Shown piece by piece: positions 62,892 through 64,000 of a stretch of DNA of 64,000 nt. The DNA lies in contig CBFHKH010000001.1 in the NCBI GenBank assembly GCA_965656375.1, positions 708,291 through 772,290 on the forward strand, in the 5' to 3' direction. The notes under the pieces were generated by a model. It was not told where the DNA came from, did no database searches, and saw only the letters and a program-made list of their open reading frames with translations. Each line of letters starts with the position of its first letter. Position 1 is the first letter of the stretch. The DNA comes from Minisyncoccia bacterium. GTDB taxonomy: Bacteria; Patescibacteriota; Minisyncoccia; Phycocordibacterales; UBA9973. The translations under genes were made by a program, and so were the position numbers.

Positions 62892-64000
62892 ATGAATAAT
62901 TTCAGAATGACCCTACTTAAGAAAGGTACTTATTTGCTTGTTCTTATTTTGCCAGTCCTATATCTCGGCAGTAATATTCTCTATCCGCATATCACTCCTA
63001 AAACATTCTTTTTTTATGGAATAATAGAAATACTGACTGCAGTTTGGATCTATAACAGTATAATTAAGCGCAATCTTAGAATATCGAAGAATTTACTCTT
63101 ATGTCTCATTCCACTTTCTCTTTATATTATCTGGATGACGCTAGCAACAATATTTGCTGTTAATCCTGAGCTTGCTTTTTGGTCATCGTTCGCGCGTGGG
63201 ACTGGATTGCTCACGATATATCATAGTTTTCTATTTCTTTGTGTTGTTGTTTGTATCATTAAAAATGATGGAATAGGGTATATAAATAAATTATTACAGT
63301 GGTTTATCGCTGGAGGATTTCTCCTTGCGCTATCTATTTGGTTTGGAAGTACTGGATTTAATATACCACTTCATTCACTACAAACAGATACAGGTGGGGG
63401 ACTTTCGGGTAATTCATCGTTGGCCGGCGGTTATCTACTTATTGTTCTTGCCTTCGGAGCTTTTCTTTTGGTAAGTAAATTGTCAAAAAAGAATAAATGG
63501 TGGATTGGTATTGCAATGGCACTCATCTTGTTCTCACCTCTATTTATTAATATTTACGGATTCTTTGTTCATAAAAGTATAGTTGGTACTGCTCGAGGAG
63601 CACTGCTCGGTATTTTTGTAAGTATTGGTATTGCATTTATAATGTGGCTACTCCTTGCAGGTAAAAAATTACTTCGCATGATTGGAATTGGTCTTACTGT
63701 AACCTCTGTTTTTGCATTCGCTCTTCTCTGGACTCAATTAATGACACCTGGAACTGTTATTCACCAAAAGTTTACAGAAGCTGCAAGTGGTACTCGATTT
63801 ATTTTCTGGAGTGAAGCACAGAAGGCGATGGATGATCGCCCATGGTTTGGCTTCGGACCTGATAATTATATGATAGCTTTTGAACAATATTTTGATCCGG
63901 AAATGCTTCTACCGAAATATAATTACGAAGGTTGGAATGACCGAGCCCATAATGTTTATTATGATACAGGGGTTGCGGGAGGCTATCCTGCAATTGCTTT
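62892..64000 (+). CDS. O-antigen ligase (Wzy_C)-like polytopic membrane protein, 3'-truncated by the window end
   Basis: Open frame from the ATG at about 62892 to the window end (not in the ORF track because there is no stop). At least 8 hydrophobic helices. C-terminal …DRAHNVYYDTGVAGGYPAIA resembles the Wzy_C signature. Confidence 0.45.
   Translation, partial: MNNFRMTLLKKGTYLLVLILPVLYLGSNILYPHITPKTFFFYGIIEILTAVWIYNSIIKRNLRISKNLLLCLIPLSLYIIWMTLATIFAVNPELAFWSSFARGTGLLTIYHSFLFLCVVVCIIKNDGIGYINKLLQWFIAGGFLLALSIWFGSTGFNIPLHSLQTDTGGGLSGNSSLAGGYLLIVLAFGAFLLVSKLSKKNKWWIGIAMALILFSPLFINIYGFFVHKSIVGTARGALLGIFVSIGIAFIMWLLLAGKKLLRMIGIGLTVTSVFAFALLWTQLMTPGTVIHQKFTEAASGTRFIFWSEAQKAMDDRPWFGFGPDNYMIAFEQYFDPEMLLPKYNYEGWNDRAHNVYYDTGVAGGYPAIA

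Noticed and set aside
1-64000. Alternative genetic code (UGA=Gly, as in Gracilibacteria/Absconditabacteria)
   Set aside because: Long conserved genes (fusA 713 aa, ftsK, nrdA, P-type ATPase, recJ) are intact under the standard code, and gene ends coincide with TGA, TAA and TAG stops followed by terminators.
1-64000. CRISPR arrays, rRNA genes, transposase/integrase genes
   Set aside because: No regularly spaced direct repeats with unique spacers, no rRNA-like conserved stretches, and no ORF with DDE, serine or tyrosine recombinase motifs were found anywhere in the window.

Overview
This 64 kb window is gene-dense, low-GC, and read in the standard genetic code (long intact ORFs such as fusA, ftsK and nrdA exclude UGA recoding). 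It looks like a small-genome CPR/Patescibacteria-type bacterium: short intergenic spacers, weak or absent Shine-Dalgarno sequences, many GTG/TTG starts, no rplA after rplK, and a type IV pilus plus ComEC DNA-uptake module. No rRNA or CRISPR is present.

The window runs as follows: tRNA-Val(-), tRNA-Arg, rluA-family pseudouridine synthase, rplS, tRNA-Leu, msrA, a SAM-methyltransferase, a large membrane-anchored surface protein, VKOR, tRNA-His, a P-type cation ATPase, mscL with a C-terminal zinc ribbon, three membrane proteins and an MFS transporter. Next comes a locus with three paralogous cysteine-rich proteins of about 570 aa (two in tandem with a small 2-TM protein between them, and a third about 5 kb away), interleaved with class I ribonucleotide reductase nrdAB and a DsbA-like/BdbC(DsbB) pair. 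After cutA there is a type IV pilus module (PilB, PilC, four prepilin-like proteins), then tpiA-pgk, recJ, rnhA, a split ComEC with Fe/Mn-SOD on the opposite strand between the halves, rpmB, an M50 protease and two large repetitive surface proteins. One of these has a phage tail-fibre-like architecture with a C-terminal S74 intramolecular-chaperone domain. The rest comprises rpsL-rpsG-fusA, an FKBP, a MacAB-like MFP/permease/ATPase module, a SIMPL protein, secE-nusG-rplK, an HD protein, efp(-), recA(-), ftsK(-), a peptidoglycan-binding surface protein and the start of an O-antigen-ligase-like protein.

The main hunt results are:
(1) a previously uncharacterised paralogous family of multi-zinc-ribbon, Cys-rich cytoplasmic proteins;
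(2) a three-copy structured intergenic element of about 130 nt with a conserved core and copy-specific, perfectly complementary outer stems, which looks inserted into pre-existing terminator hairpins;
(3) strikingly regular heptad arrays (TAGCNNN)x5 ... (NGCTANN)x5 flanking a -10 box directly upstream of nrdB, fusA and rplK;
(4) a 50-nt perfect palindrome that includes the tRNA-His 3' end.

CDS coordinates come from the supplied ORF track, with start-codon refinement where stated. Coordinates of non-ORF features were hand-counted and may be off by 1-3 nt.
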